Positions 50,601-58,143 of a DNA stretch of 64,000 nucleotides are shown here, one piece after another (the first letter of the stretch is position 1; each line of letters opens with the position of its first letter). This DNA comes from a virus. The notes below the pieces were generated by a model. It was not told the DNA's origin and did not search any database. It saw only the letters and a program-made list of their open reading frames with translations. The DNA lies in IMG/VR virus record IMGVR_UViG_3300044951_001239, positions 31,388 through 95,387 of that record; one strand, given 5' to 3'. The position numbers and the translations under genes were made by a program.

Positions 50601-52285
50601 TTGAAAAATTAAAACAACAGTTTCCTAATATTCAAAAGACTCGCTACTTAGGTAGTTGGGTAGACACAATAAATCGGTGTATCAATCGTAGTACAACTGA
50701 TTTGTGTTGGATATTAAACAGTGAGTTAGACTATTCTAATTTTAACTTTGAATACTATCCCAATCCGTGGCAAATGAAAATGATTCAAGTGTTTGGTACT
50801 CAATGGGGCAACTGGGGAACTACATTCATGGTTAACCGTGAAACATTTTCCCAAGACACCAAATATATTAAAAATATTGAACATCTGTCTAATCTTAACT
50901 TTGTTAAAGATAGAAAAGCAATGGCAACCAACGTATTGTATGACATTGTTTATATTGATCACGGGAACGTAGATGTATCAACCCTTAAAGATAATATAGT
51001 AATTAAATACCAAAACAGTTACATAATCACATTCCAGAAGTTACTAGATATATTACCTGTCAAAAAAGAACACTATGTATGGATAGCAAGTACAGTTTGT
51101 GACTACACCAATTTTGACTTTACATATATTTGCGATCCTTTTGCAAAAGAACAATTACATGTATTTCCAAGTGATAAGCAAAAGTTTGGGGACACTTTCT
51201 TAGTGGATGTTAATAAATTGCGTACATTGATTGTGGATATGAATGTACTAGAAGATTACAAGAAGATCAACTACAACCAAAGCCAACGAGCAAAACGATT
51301 ACCCGCACCTATAATTTTTACAGAAAGCGATACCCATGTATCTACTATTGATATTGATTTTAATTTCCCTTATGCTACGTTTCTCACGGTTGACAACAAA
51401 GAAATCCAAGTAATTGATACTGAACCAATGAGTCTTTGGACTCCCGAGGCTAAAAGCATTCAGATTACTAGTGTAGGTGGAACACGAATTGTTGTTCCAA
51501 AAGAAGCTAAAGAATATGTTAAGCGTGAACTATATGATTACCCTTACATCATTACTAACAGTAGATTAGCAAAGTCTAGCCCGATGGATATCGTATTCTT
51601 AAGTAATGGTGAAATAGGTGCAGAAGAAAACTATCAACATTTACTTAAAGTAACTCAAGATTTACCGAATCGTGTAACTAGAGTAGACGGTGTAAATGGT
51701 CGGGTAGCAGCCTATCATGCAGCAGCGGCCGCTAGCAATACACCATGGCTGTTTACTGTCTTTGCCAAGTTAAAAGTCAGCAACAAGTTTGATTGGAACT
51801 GGCAACCAGATAGATTACAGGAATCCAAAAGTTACGTCTTTCACGCAAAGAATCCTGTCAATGGATTGATCTATGGTCACCAAAGCCTCATATGTTACAA
51901 CAAGAAACTTGTTCTTGATCAGCACGAGTATGGCATTGACTTCACATTAAGTATGCCACATGAAGTTGTGCCACTGTTGTCTGGTACTGCAAACTATAAT
52001 ACTGATCCGTATGCAACCTGGCGAACGGCCTTTAGAGAGGTAACCAAGTTACGGGATCAGGTAGTAAAGAATCCAGCAGACGATATTTCCGCATTGCGGC
52101 TAGAGACCTGGCTTAATAAGGCCGAAGGTGAGTTCAGTCAATGGTCTATTAAGGGAGCAGTTGAAGCAGAAGAATACTATGAAGAAGTAGAAGGTAACTA
52201 TGAGAAGTTATTGTTGTCATTTGAATGGGTTTGGCTGAAAGAGTTGTTCAACGCTAAACACGGTAGTTTACAATATTTCTATTAG
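47696..52285 (+). CDS. 1529-aa protein: about 11 tandem FD[FYM]SWxPD repeats plus C-terminal glycosyltransferase-like domain(s)
   Basis: Repeats of ~62-75 aa. C-terminal '[46 protein letters not shown]' is homologous to 35254-36204. Confidence 0.75.
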   Translation: MLRDVFYFNQKPNVHPREKFATSVEDARSQCTTEHFWIVNEYCDYRNFDWDWDFEFLSDEDVWVEEHNNVWPSNHQKDSGTWLCSSCFSEVIIYRADVNPLTRNNEKNNNWVLLDLVDKTKFDFSWHPDPTDSPYIYTWGCKFFPVELQACLEYHAPNATNIKYMSEIIELLPQTERWIEIQEIDKTLFDMSWRPDPREPPYIYVWGNKHIDGTLKSTLEYHMPDATDTKYMPNLISVLPEWDRWIEIQEIDKTLFDMSWRPSPVDPPMNYIWGNKHIDGTLKSTLEYHMSDATDTKYMPNLISVLPEWDRWIIPNDIDRSSFDFSWRPDPREPNLIYEFATQWQKTGGPRYVMDGATEIKYLDIQKAKALPNKNNFEILYTNVIDEFDYSWHPDSTDEPYIYVFGNNLYPAEVMPTIQYVPSTVTRLASSKAIGQIKYVSDIIAILGENKINWEITQQIDEQKFDFSWAPNPKDPPYIYVWGNKHIDGTLKSTLEYHMPNATEYKYMEELIDVVPEWDRWIIPNDIDRSSFDFSWRPDPREPNLIYEFATQWQKTGGPRYVMDGATEIKYLDIQKAKVKASSDRSNWAVLHNLKIKDFDYSWHPDATEEPFIYVFGNTQYPSEIMDTIEYRMPNATNLKYISKVVARLDVDMNGWTIPERIDISKFDFSWKPNPKDPAFIYQFGTQWQKTGGPRYVVESATEVKYIDTYILKAVKLPCRENFKIPDEIAVAEFDFSWHPDDNETPYLYQFGTQWQKTGGPTYIVENAAEIKYIALPKAKKLPSKMNWVNPSQSEVNTFDYSWHPDETVPPYIYQFGTLLNKEDGPRYMSPKTNGEIVHLERTLAEVERTIETITRYVITTTLEDLVKQHPNEIFWAMHKNIDYTTFNFDWRPEIVNVQWENEYVYVFGSLDSEITQTYFVNANMYLKGNQDFKFIQTAELTEKYLATLFKKSDMFFVDRSNNESTERFEKLKQQFPNIQKTRYLGSWVDTINRCINRSTTDLCWILNSELDYSNFNFEYYPNPWQMKMIQVFGTQWGNWGTTFMVNRETFSQDTKYIKNIEHLSNLNFVKDRKAMATNVLYDIVYIDHGNVDVSTLKDNIVIKYQNSYIITFQKLLDILPVKKEHYVWIASTVCDYTNFDFTYICDPFAKEQLHVFPSDKQKFGDTFLVDVNKLRTLIVDMNVLEDYKKINYNQSQRAKRLPAPIIFTESDTHVSTIDIDFNFPYATFLTVDNKEIQVIDTEPMSLWTPEAKSIQITSVGGTRIVVPKEAKEYVKRELYDYPYIITNSRLAKSSPMDIVFLSNGEIGAEENYQHLLKVTQDLPNRVTRVDGVNGRVAAYHAAAAASNTPWLFTVFAKLKVSNKFDWNWQPDRLQESKSYVFHAKNPVNGLIYGHQSLICYNKKLVLDQHEYGIDFTLSMPHEVVPLLSGTANYNTDPYATWRTAFREVTKLRDQVVKNPADDISALRLETWLNKAEGEFSQWSIKGAVEAEEYYEEVEGNYEKLLLSFEWVWLKELFNAKHGSLQYFY
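48225..49430 (+). repeat. Intragenic DNA duplications
   Basis: Near-identical tandem with 201-bp period (48225/48426). A 190-bp block is identical by eye at 48614-48803 and 49241-49430. Confidence 0.9.
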
Positions 52286-53042
52286 TGTATTTTTCTATAC
52301 GCCTAATCTTTGCGGGGGCTAAGTTAAACATTATTCCTATCTGTCGTACCGATAGTTCGGTAGTGTTAAATGTGTTGATTATGGTTTGATAAACTTCAGA
52401 CGGAATGCTACATTGTGAGTTGTTTGATCCTGCGGCTTTCTCCTTTAGTTTTTGTTTAATTTCAGGTCGTTTGGAAGGATTATCAGCCAACATTTGAATA
52501 GATATTTCTTTTTTCCGAGCGTCAGATACGGTCCTCCCTCTTCCTGCTGCACTAATCTTTTTGCTTATGTCAGCCGCTTTATCAACTCCGTATATTTCTG
52601 CATGAGTTTTCCCCTTACGATCTATTTTCGTTTTGTGAATTTTAGTTTTCTTTGGCCTGCTTGCTGACATGTTTTTGCTGACCTCAGCGGCCCGAGCTTC
52701 TCCGAAATAATCTTGATAGCGTAAACCTTTATTCCATGCCGTTATTCCAGCCGGGCCGCCGCCCCCGTCAGACCTGTTTCTAAGAATCCCGGTGCTTATA
52801 TCTTTTCTACCATACCAGTTAATTAATCTTCGTTCTATTGCTAAAGCGCCTGTCTCAGTGAGGTTAGATTCAACAATGATGATACGAGAAAGACAAGACG
52901 GTTTGTTTATAAATTCTGCTTTATTCTTTATCCAGGCTCGTTTGTTTTTTCCTTTTCCTATATAATAGGGAGAACCATCCAAACGCAGATAGGCGTATAC
53001 ATAAAATCCAAATGGGACATTTCGGGTGGAATAAATAATCAT
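52254..53042 (-). mobile_element. Free-standing GIY-YIG homing endonuclease with NUMOD3-like motifs and C-terminal HTH
   Basis: '[20 protein letters not shown]', '[21 protein letters not shown]', 'AWNKG', '[15 protein letters not shown]'. Confidence 0.85.
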
Positions 53043-53113
53043 GCTGATTGCTCCTTGTTAGCGTTAGAGTAGTTGGGGAGGTCAGATGCCCGCGAACTAC
53101 ACTTTTATTTATC
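53043..53113 (-). promoter_or_regulatory. Late promoter and structured 5' leader of the endonuclease
   Basis: Minus strand reads GATAAATA, then a GTAGTT/AACTAC hairpin, then a GCT-aacaagg-AGC hairpin overlapping the AAGGAG SD, then ATG. Confidence 0.55.
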
Positions 53114-53160
53114 AAAACGATTAACTTTTATCAAAAGTTCTGTTACAATAAATACTGTGA

Positions 53161-53379
53161 TTGGATGAAGTAGAAAGACGCTGGCCCAGAATCAGCAAGA
53201 ACAGATTAGAATTTTGGTTAACTGTGGGTTCTGGTAAATTTTCCCAATACAGTATCAATGGTTCTTCAGATGCTGTACAATACTATCAAGAGGTTAATGG
53301 GGACTTTAACAAGCTAAAACTTAGCTACGACTGGCCGTGGTTACGGGCTTACTATGAGAATAAATACAAAGGAGTGTAA
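53161..53379 (+). pseudogene. Orphan duplicate of the C-terminal ~65 aa of the 47696-52285 protein
   Basis: ISKNRLEFWLTVGSGKFSQYSINGSSDAVQYYQEVNGDFNKLKLSYDWPWL aligns without gaps to [51 protein letters not shown]. Confidence 0.75.
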
Positions 53380-53408
53380 AATAACGCTAGCAAATCTTAT
53401 TGATCCGC

Positions 53409-53437
53409 TTGACATTAAATGGTTTTGGGTATATAAT
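53409..53437 (+). promoter_or_regulatory. Sigma70 early promoter repeat, copy 1
   Basis: TTGACA-ttaaatggttttgggta(17)-TATAAT. Confidence 0.85.
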
Positions 53438-53558
53438 ACTCTTATCAACTCAAAAAACGGAACAAATATGATAAATGTAATATTATTTTAGCAACTTAGT
53501 TGCCCAATAATGGCAATTAAATACATTTCTACTGCGTTATATGTATAGGAGATATATT

Positions 53559-53888
53559 ATGAAAAAATTACTTTTGGCCGCGATTACGTTAACTGTTAGT
53601 AATATGGCTTTTGCTGATATGGATTGTAGGTGGGGCGTAGATCGTCGGCACCCTGGATGTGGTCCTCGTGGGGATCACAGAACTGTTATTGTTTACCGCA
53701 CTGATTGGCTGACCCCGTTGATTATAGGCGGAATTGCAGGGGCAATTATTGTTAATCAGAATCAACAACCGGTAATTGTACAACAACAACCGGTGTTGGT
53801 TCAACAACAAACTGGTTGTACAGAATGGAAAGAGATTCAACAATCTGATGGTAAAATTTATCGTGAGCGTAATTGCTATCAACGATGA
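53559..53888 (+). CDS. Secreted/membrane protein with signal peptide
   Basis: AGGAG SD; MKKLLLAAITLTVSNMAFA signal; hydrophobic segment followed by PVIVQQQPV. Confidence 0.7.
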   Translation: MKKLLLAAITLTVSNMAFADMDCRWGVDRRHPGCGPRGDHRTVIVYRTDWLTPLIIGGIAGAIIVNQNQQPVIVQQQPVLVQQQTGCTEWKEIQQSDGKIYRERNCYQR

Positions 53889-54028
53889 AAGTAGAAAAAG
53901 AAACCATTTATCATTTTACTTGTGCAGAGTGCAAGGTATGGTTTAGTATTGCTACTATGGAAGATTGGAAACCAAAGAAGTTATATTGTCCGCATTGCGG
54001 TGAATGTTTTGTATTTGACGATAAATAA
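53885..54028 (+). CDS. 47-aa zinc-ribbon protein (not in ORF track)
   Basis: MKVEKETIYHFTCAECKVWFSIATMEDWKPKKLYCPHCGECFVFDDK*; two CxxC motifs; ATGA overlap. Confidence 0.7.
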   Translation: MKVEKETIYHFTCAECKVWFSIATMEDWKPKKLYCPHCGECFVFDDK

Positions 54029-54093
54029 AAAGATAGGGGAAATTCCTTCAATTAGGATGTGTTCAAGATTCTGAATCAGCAATGTAAACCATA

Positions 54094-54276
54094 ATGAAGC
54101 CGAAATTTATAGATTCTGATGAGGAATATATCCAAGTGTTATACGAGTTAAATCAACTTGATGATGAGGACGACTGGGAGCTATATCAACAACAGGAGAA
54201 AAATAGTATTGATAATCAGATAGATACTGAAACATACCTGAGGTATACAGGAAAAAAAGAAAGAATATGTCCTTAG
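54094..54276 (+). CDS. Small acidic hypothetical protein
   Basis: 60-aa ORF; weak support. Confidence 0.4.
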   Translation: MKPKFIDSDEEYIQVLYELNQLDDEDDWELYQQQEKNSIDNQIDTETYLRYTGKKERICP

Positions 54277-54309
54277 TGGATTTAGTAGCAGCAGACTTAA
54301 ATTAAGTAT

Positions 54310-54652
54310 GTTGTGAAAAGAGATGATTGTATGAAGTAGATAGAAACGGATTCTGGACGGGGATGCAAATTCCCCCGGGTCCACCAGTAAGTATGCTAGT
54401 TTGGATAGGTGCAGGGCAACCCATGTAATACCCGCCCTGCATATGGGTGAATCCTAGTATACTTTCTAATGGGCCTGAATAGTTTCGACAGGGTCAAGAG
54501 TATTGAAATGGACAGTCCGGCAATGTAGAAGCCGTTATGATTGAGGTAACTCAGCCAAAGACACAAAAAAAGTAAAAGCAAACGACTCACAGTTTAGCAT
54601 TGCGGCCTGATAAAGGCAGCTAGGGGAGTTATCCCTCGTAACAGAAAATAGC
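54310..54652 (+). ncRNA. ssrA: Circularly permuted (two-piece) tmRNA; tag (A)ANDSQFSIAA
   Basis: T-arm GGGGA-TGCAAAT-TCCCC and CGGGTCC-A-CCA end at 54386, upstream of the 5' segment GGGCCTG-AATAGTTTCGAC at 54471. The acceptor stem has the G3:U alanine pair. Tag frame gca aac gac tca cag ttt agc att gcg gcc tga taa at 54578-54613. Outer ends approximate. Confidence 0.9.
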
Positions 54653-54677
54653 AAAAAGGCTCTTTGGAGCCTTTTTT
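54653..54677 (+). terminator. Rho-independent terminator after tmRNA
   Basis: AAAAAGGCTC-TTTG-GAGCCTTTTTT. Confidence 0.85.
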
Positions 54678-54814
54678 ACCCAATAAACTTACTTATTGCG
54701 TAAGTAGTGTGTATACTTTACAGCATGAACTATTTTATTTGAACAGTATCTTGTTCACTAAATATTAGTCTGGCCTGAAGAAACAGGTTTATATTATAAA
54801 GGAAATTAAATTAA

Positions 54815-55366
54815 ATGAAGAAAATTATAGCAATCTTGGCTCTTGCCACTTTCGGCACAGCTTTTGCCGCTGATTATGTATCTGTTGACGTTGATAGCGT
54901 TACCGGTCTTAAAGGAGCAAGTAACAGCACAGCACAATATGTTCGTGCCGGTAAAAGTCTTGGTAACTACCAATTTGGGGTACAGTCTCGTACTGCAAAC
55001 TTCAAGGGCGGTGGTTTGGTAAACAGCACAGAAGTAACCGCTGCTAATAACAAAGTTAGCTTTGCTGGTATTGCACCCTTCGTTGGGGTTGGACATGACA
55101 ATGGATTCAACGGTGCTAAGGGCTCTGCTTACACATACGGTTTAGTTGGCGCTACAGCCGGTATGAAAGTTGGCCCGGGTTTTGCACTAGTTGGGGTTAA
55201 GGCTCGCGTTGGCAGTGATGAGCAAACTCGCACTAATCAGACCGTTGCATTTGCAACTTACAGCATTCCAGTTAGTAAGAATGTTTCTGTTAACTTGAAC
55301 GCAAGTAAGAGCTACAAAGACATTCGTGAAAATGCTTTAGGCTTAGGGCTATCATTCAACTTCTAA
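54815..55366 (+). CDS. Small outer-membrane beta-barrel (porin-like) protein
   Basis: Signal peptide (..GTAFA), alternating beta strands, C-terminal 'LGLGLSFNF' BAM-type motif; AAGGA SD. Confidence 0.7.
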   Translation: MKKIIAILALATFGTAFAADYVSVDVDSVTGLKGASNSTAQYVRAGKSLGNYQFGVQSRTANFKGGGLVNSTEVTAANNKVSFAGIAPFVGVGHDNGFNGAKGSAYTYGLVGATAGMKVGPGFALVGVKARVGSDEQTRTNQTVAFATYSIPVSKNVSVNLNASKSYKDIRENALGLGLSFNF

Positions 55367-55381
55367 TCTAAATTAGAGATT

Positions 55382-55406
55382 AAAAAGGCTCTTTGGAGCC
55401 TTTTTT
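55382..55406 (+). terminator. Rho-independent terminator identical to 54653-54677
   Basis: Same 25-bp sequence. Confidence 0.85.
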
Positions 55407-55411
55407 GTTGG

Positions 55412-55440
55412 GTGTAATATTACTGTCATAATTGTATAAC
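55412..55440 (+). promoter_or_regulatory. Pho box (PhoB-binding direct repeats)
   Basis: GTGTAAT / CTGTCAT / GTATAAC at 11-bp periodicity, directly upstream of pstS. Confidence 0.7.
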
Positions 55441-55467
55441 TAAATATTTGTACAACAAGGAAATTAC

Positions 55468-56463
55468 ATGAAAAAATTATTAGCTATTTTATTATCAGTT
55501 GTTGCATTAAATGCAACAGCACAAGAAATTACAGGAGCCGGAGCAACATTTCCGGCTCCGTTATATTCAAAGTGGGCAAGCGAGTATAGCAAGAGTACCA
55601 ATGTCAAAATCAACTATCAATCAGTTGGTTCAGGAGCCGGCCTCAAGCAGATTGAAGCCAAGACAGTTACATTTGGTGCAAGTGATATGCCACTTACAGA
55701 TGACAAGCTAAAGGAATTGGGCTTGTTCCAGTTCCCCACAGTAATAGGCGGGGTTGTTCCAGTAATCAACCTTAAGGGCATTGAACCAGGACAAATGAAA
55801 TTAACAGGTGCATTAATTGCTGATATCTTCTTAGGCAAGATTACCAAGTGGGATGATAGTGCTATCAAAGCATTGAACCCAACATTACCTTTACCTAATC
55901 AAGCTATCACTGTAGTTCGCAGAGCAGATGGGTCTGGTACAACTTTCATCTGGACTAACTATCTAAGCAAAGTAAGCAAAGAGTTTAAAGAAACTATTGG
56001 CGAAGGCACTGCTGTTAATTGGAAAGTAGGAGCAGGCGGAAAAGGTAATGAAGGTGTTGCTGCTATGGTCAGACTACTTCCAGGTACATTGGGATATGTT
56101 GAGTTTGCGTATGTTAAACAAACTAAAATGAATTGGGTCAATGTACAAAATAGTGCTGGTACTTGGGTATCACCAACTGAAGAAGCATTCAGAGCCGCAG
56201 CAGCAAACGCTGATTGGAACAAGAGTTACTATCAAATACTAACTAATCAAGCAGGCAAAGACGCATGGCCTATCAGTGGAGCAACTTTTATACTGGTATA
56301 TTTAAAACCCGAAGATGCAGCTAAATCTAAAACTGCTATTGCTTTCTTTGACTGGGTATTTACTAGTGGTGATCGGGCAGCAGATGACCTAGATTATGTT
56401 GCATTGCCACTAGCAGTGAAAAACAAGATTCGTGCAGACTGGAAACGGTTGTCACTACACTAA
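55468..56463 (+). CDS. pstS: Phosphate ABC transporter substrate-binding protein PstS
   Basis: 'ITGAGATFPAPLYSKW', 'NYQSVGSGAG', 'FGASDMPL', 'RRADGSGTT', 'GKGNEGV', 'WPISGATF'; signal peptide. Confidence 0.95.
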   Translation: MKKLLAILLSVVALNATAQEITGAGATFPAPLYSKWASEYSKSTNVKINYQSVGSGAGLKQIEAKTVTFGASDMPLTDDKLKELGLFQFPTVIGGVVPVINLKGIEPGQMKLTGALIADIFLGKITKWDDSAIKALNPTLPLPNQAITVVRRADGSGTTFIWTNYLSKVSKEFKETIGEGTAVNWKVGAGGKGNEGVAAMVRLLPGTLGYVEFAYVKQTKMNWVNVQNSAGTWVSPTEEAFRAAAANADWNKSYYQILTNQAGKDAWPISGATFILVYLKPEDAAKSKTAIAFFDWVFTSGDRAADDLDYVALPLAVKNKIRADWKRLSLH

Positions 56464-56508
56464 ACCGCCCGCAAGATTGAGCGGATGCTGGAACTCGTAA
56501 CCAGCACT

Positions 56509-56532
56509 AAGGGCCTTAAAGGGCTCCTTTTT
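56509..56532. terminator. Probable terminator between convergent genes
   Basis: Imperfect hairpin AAGGGCC-TTAAA-GGGCTCCTT followed by a T-tract. Confidence 0.5.
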
Positions 56533-57178
56533 ACCTTTTTAGCAACTCGTTTGTGAAATCTAGTAGCAATTCGTGCTGAACACCATTGTGCCAATGGCCC
56601 TTCATGTGGCTATAACTATCATACCAAAACTTTTCCGATTCAGGATGACAGCCGATTAGTCCTATGCGTTTTTGATATATTGCCATGGCATCACCGTTTG
56701 CATAAGTAGCAACAGTGGTGAATTTGTGTTTATTCCCAACTAACGCACACCCGTCATTGAAGAACATATTCATAGGTTCATTATTCCAGGTAATACTTAA
56801 GTTCTTGACATGCGGTCTGCGTGTATCAGTTCCGGGTTGACAGATATATTGAACAGCATCAACCTCATCTAATACATTGAGGTAATGACTACCTGCCCAA
56901 TAGGCACCCATACAGATACCCAAATATCCACCACCCTTGCGGATGAACTCTCTTACTCTATCACCGTTGTGTTTGAACAGTTGATCAAATGTACTAGCAT
57001 CCCCTATCCCTCCAGGAACAGCAATCATATCCACATTGTCAAAAAAATCGTATTCTATACTGTTTTTGCTGAATATTTTGAAGTTATAATATTGGCTTAA
57101 CGCTTTCATTATCCCGTTGCCTGACTGTACCGAGCATTTTGGATCGTACAAAAATAATGCAATTGTAAGTTTCATCAC
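56531..57178 (-). CDS. Class I glutamine amidotransferase-like (BPL_N-type) protein
   Basis: 'AVPGG', 'GGGYLGICMGAY' nucleophile elbow, 'GCHPE'. ATAAATA lies upstream on the minus strand. Confidence 0.75.
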   Translation of the reverse strand: MMKLTIALFLYDPKCSVQSGNGIMKALSQYYNFKIFSKNSIEYDFFDNVDMIAVPGGIGDASTFDQLFKHNGDRVREFIRKGGGYLGICMGAYWAGSHYLNVLDEVDAVQYICQPGTDTRRPHVKNLSITWNNEPMNMFFNDGCALVGNKHKFTTVATYANGDAMAIYQKRIGLIGCHPESEKFWYDSYSHMKGHWHNGVQHELLLDFTNELLKR

Positions 57179-57202
57179 AGTTATTTATGTTTGAATAACT
57201 GC

Positions 57203-57231
57203 TTGACATAAATATAAAAAGATAGTATAAT
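57203..57231 (+). promoter_or_regulatory. Sigma70 promoter (leaderless transcript predicted)
   Basis: TTGACA-17-TATAAT, with ATG 57238 starting at the 7th nt downstream. Confidence 0.75.
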
Positions 57232-57237
57232 AACAGT

Positions 57238-57492
57238 ATGCAAATTCAAACAGCTTTAGATTGGCAAGAAGTATCAACTAAGATACACAATGATTTGCAT
57301 CGTCTTGGATATAATCCAGACTTGAAAAAAATGTTCAACAATCTACAATTTATGGTTACTGAGTTAAGCAAACTTGAAGTAACCGGGCGCAGATTAAATT
57401 CAACCACGTTAACCCAAACTCATGTAGAGAAAATTAACCAAGCAATAGACCACTTGGAAAAACTGATTCTAATGGGCCTGCTAATGAAGTAA
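57238..57492 (+). CDS. Hypothetical helical protein
   Basis: 84-aa ORF behind a consensus promoter. Confidence 0.65.
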   Translation: MQIQTALDWQEVSTKIHNDLHRLGYNPDLKKMFNNLQFMVTELSKLEVTGRRLNSTTLTQTHVEKINQAIDHLEKLILMGLLMK

Positions 57493-57494
57493 AT

Positions 57495-57550
57495 TTGACA
57501 TTAAATGATTTTGGGTGTATAATATACTCTTAGACAGTTAATTAAAGGAC
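57495..57550 (+). promoter_or_regulatory. Early promoter repeat, copy 2, with conserved leader/SD
   Basis: TTGACA-ttaaatgattttgggtg-TATAAT...cttagacagttaattaaaggac. Confidence 0.85.
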
Positions 57551-57556
57551 ATTGAA

Positions 57557-57838
57557 ATGAAACAAGACTACACAATGTACATTTACAAATCGGACAAGCG
57601 TACTAAATCCGGTGAGCGGCTGGTTTCTACTACTGTTTGGACCAACCGTGATGAAGCCGGAATGAAGCGGGAATGCGCCGAATTGTTCCCCGTGTACCCT
57701 GCTAAGTTTGGTTATCGTTTTGAATACTTTCCCAAAATGATAACCGTAAAGAATCTGATGACTGGCAAACCCGTCCAGATTGATCGTGACACCCCTTGGG
57801 CTTGTAATCCTGCTAGCGAATCTTATTGGTCCGCTTGA
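57557..57838 (+). CDS. Early hypothetical protein
   Basis: 93 aa with own promoter and SD. Confidence 0.7.
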   Translation: MKQDYTMYIYKSDKRTKSGERLVSTTVWTNRDEAGMKRECAELFPVYPAKFGYRFEYFPKMITVKNLMTGKPVQIDRDTPWACNPASESYWSA

Positions 57839-57890
57839 CAGTAAATGGTTTTGGGTATATAATAGAATCTTAAACAGTTAATTAAAAGGT
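57835..57890 (+). promoter_or_regulatory. Early promoter repeat, copy 3
   Basis: TTGACA-gtaaatggttttgggta-TATAAT...cttaaacagttaattaaaagg. Confidence 0.85.
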
Positions 57891-57896
57891 TTCAGA

Positions 57897-58085
57897 ATGT
57901 TTGCACCCGTCGATCAAAAAGCACAGTTTCGCGTAGGTGCCAAGGTTAAATGCTCTTGGTACGGTTCCGGCGTGTATAAAGTCACCAAGAAGAACTGGGA
58001 TGCTTCGGGTTTGCTGCATTATACGATTGAAAACGATCTTGAAACTCATCACTTTGTTAGACAAAAAGACTTGGATAAGGCTTGA
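57897..58085 (+). CDS. Early small protein (SH3/KOW-like beta fold possible)
   Basis: 62 aa 'FRVGAKVK...GVYKV...YTIE...V...DL'; own promoter and SD. Confidence 0.6.
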   Translation: MFAPVDQKAQFRVGAKVKCSWYGSGVYKVTKKNWDASGLLHYTIENDLETHHFVRQKDLDKA

Positions 58086-58137
58086 CATTAAATGTGTTTG
58101 GGTATATAATCTATACTTAGCCTGTTAATTAAAGGAC
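58082..58137 (+). promoter_or_regulatory. Early promoter repeat, copy 4
   Basis: TTGACA-ttaaatgtgtttgggta-TATAAT...cttagcctgttaattaaaggac. Confidence 0.85.
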
Positions 58138-58143
58138 TACAAA

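Noticed and set aside
52254-53160. Group I intron housing the endonuclease
   Set aside because: The endonuclease is antisense, the upstream gene ends with a complete C-terminus, the downstream piece is a duplicate rather than a continuation, and there is too little non-coding sequence for a ribozyme core.
54355-54386. tRNA gene (T-arm plus CCA)
   Set aside because: No upstream D or anticodon arm, and the matching 5' acceptor strand lies downstream. It is the acceptor piece of a permuted tmRNA.
53404-58137. CRISPR array from the ~35-55-bp repeats
   Set aside because: Repeats are consensus promoters separated by whole genes at irregular distances; no cas genes are present.
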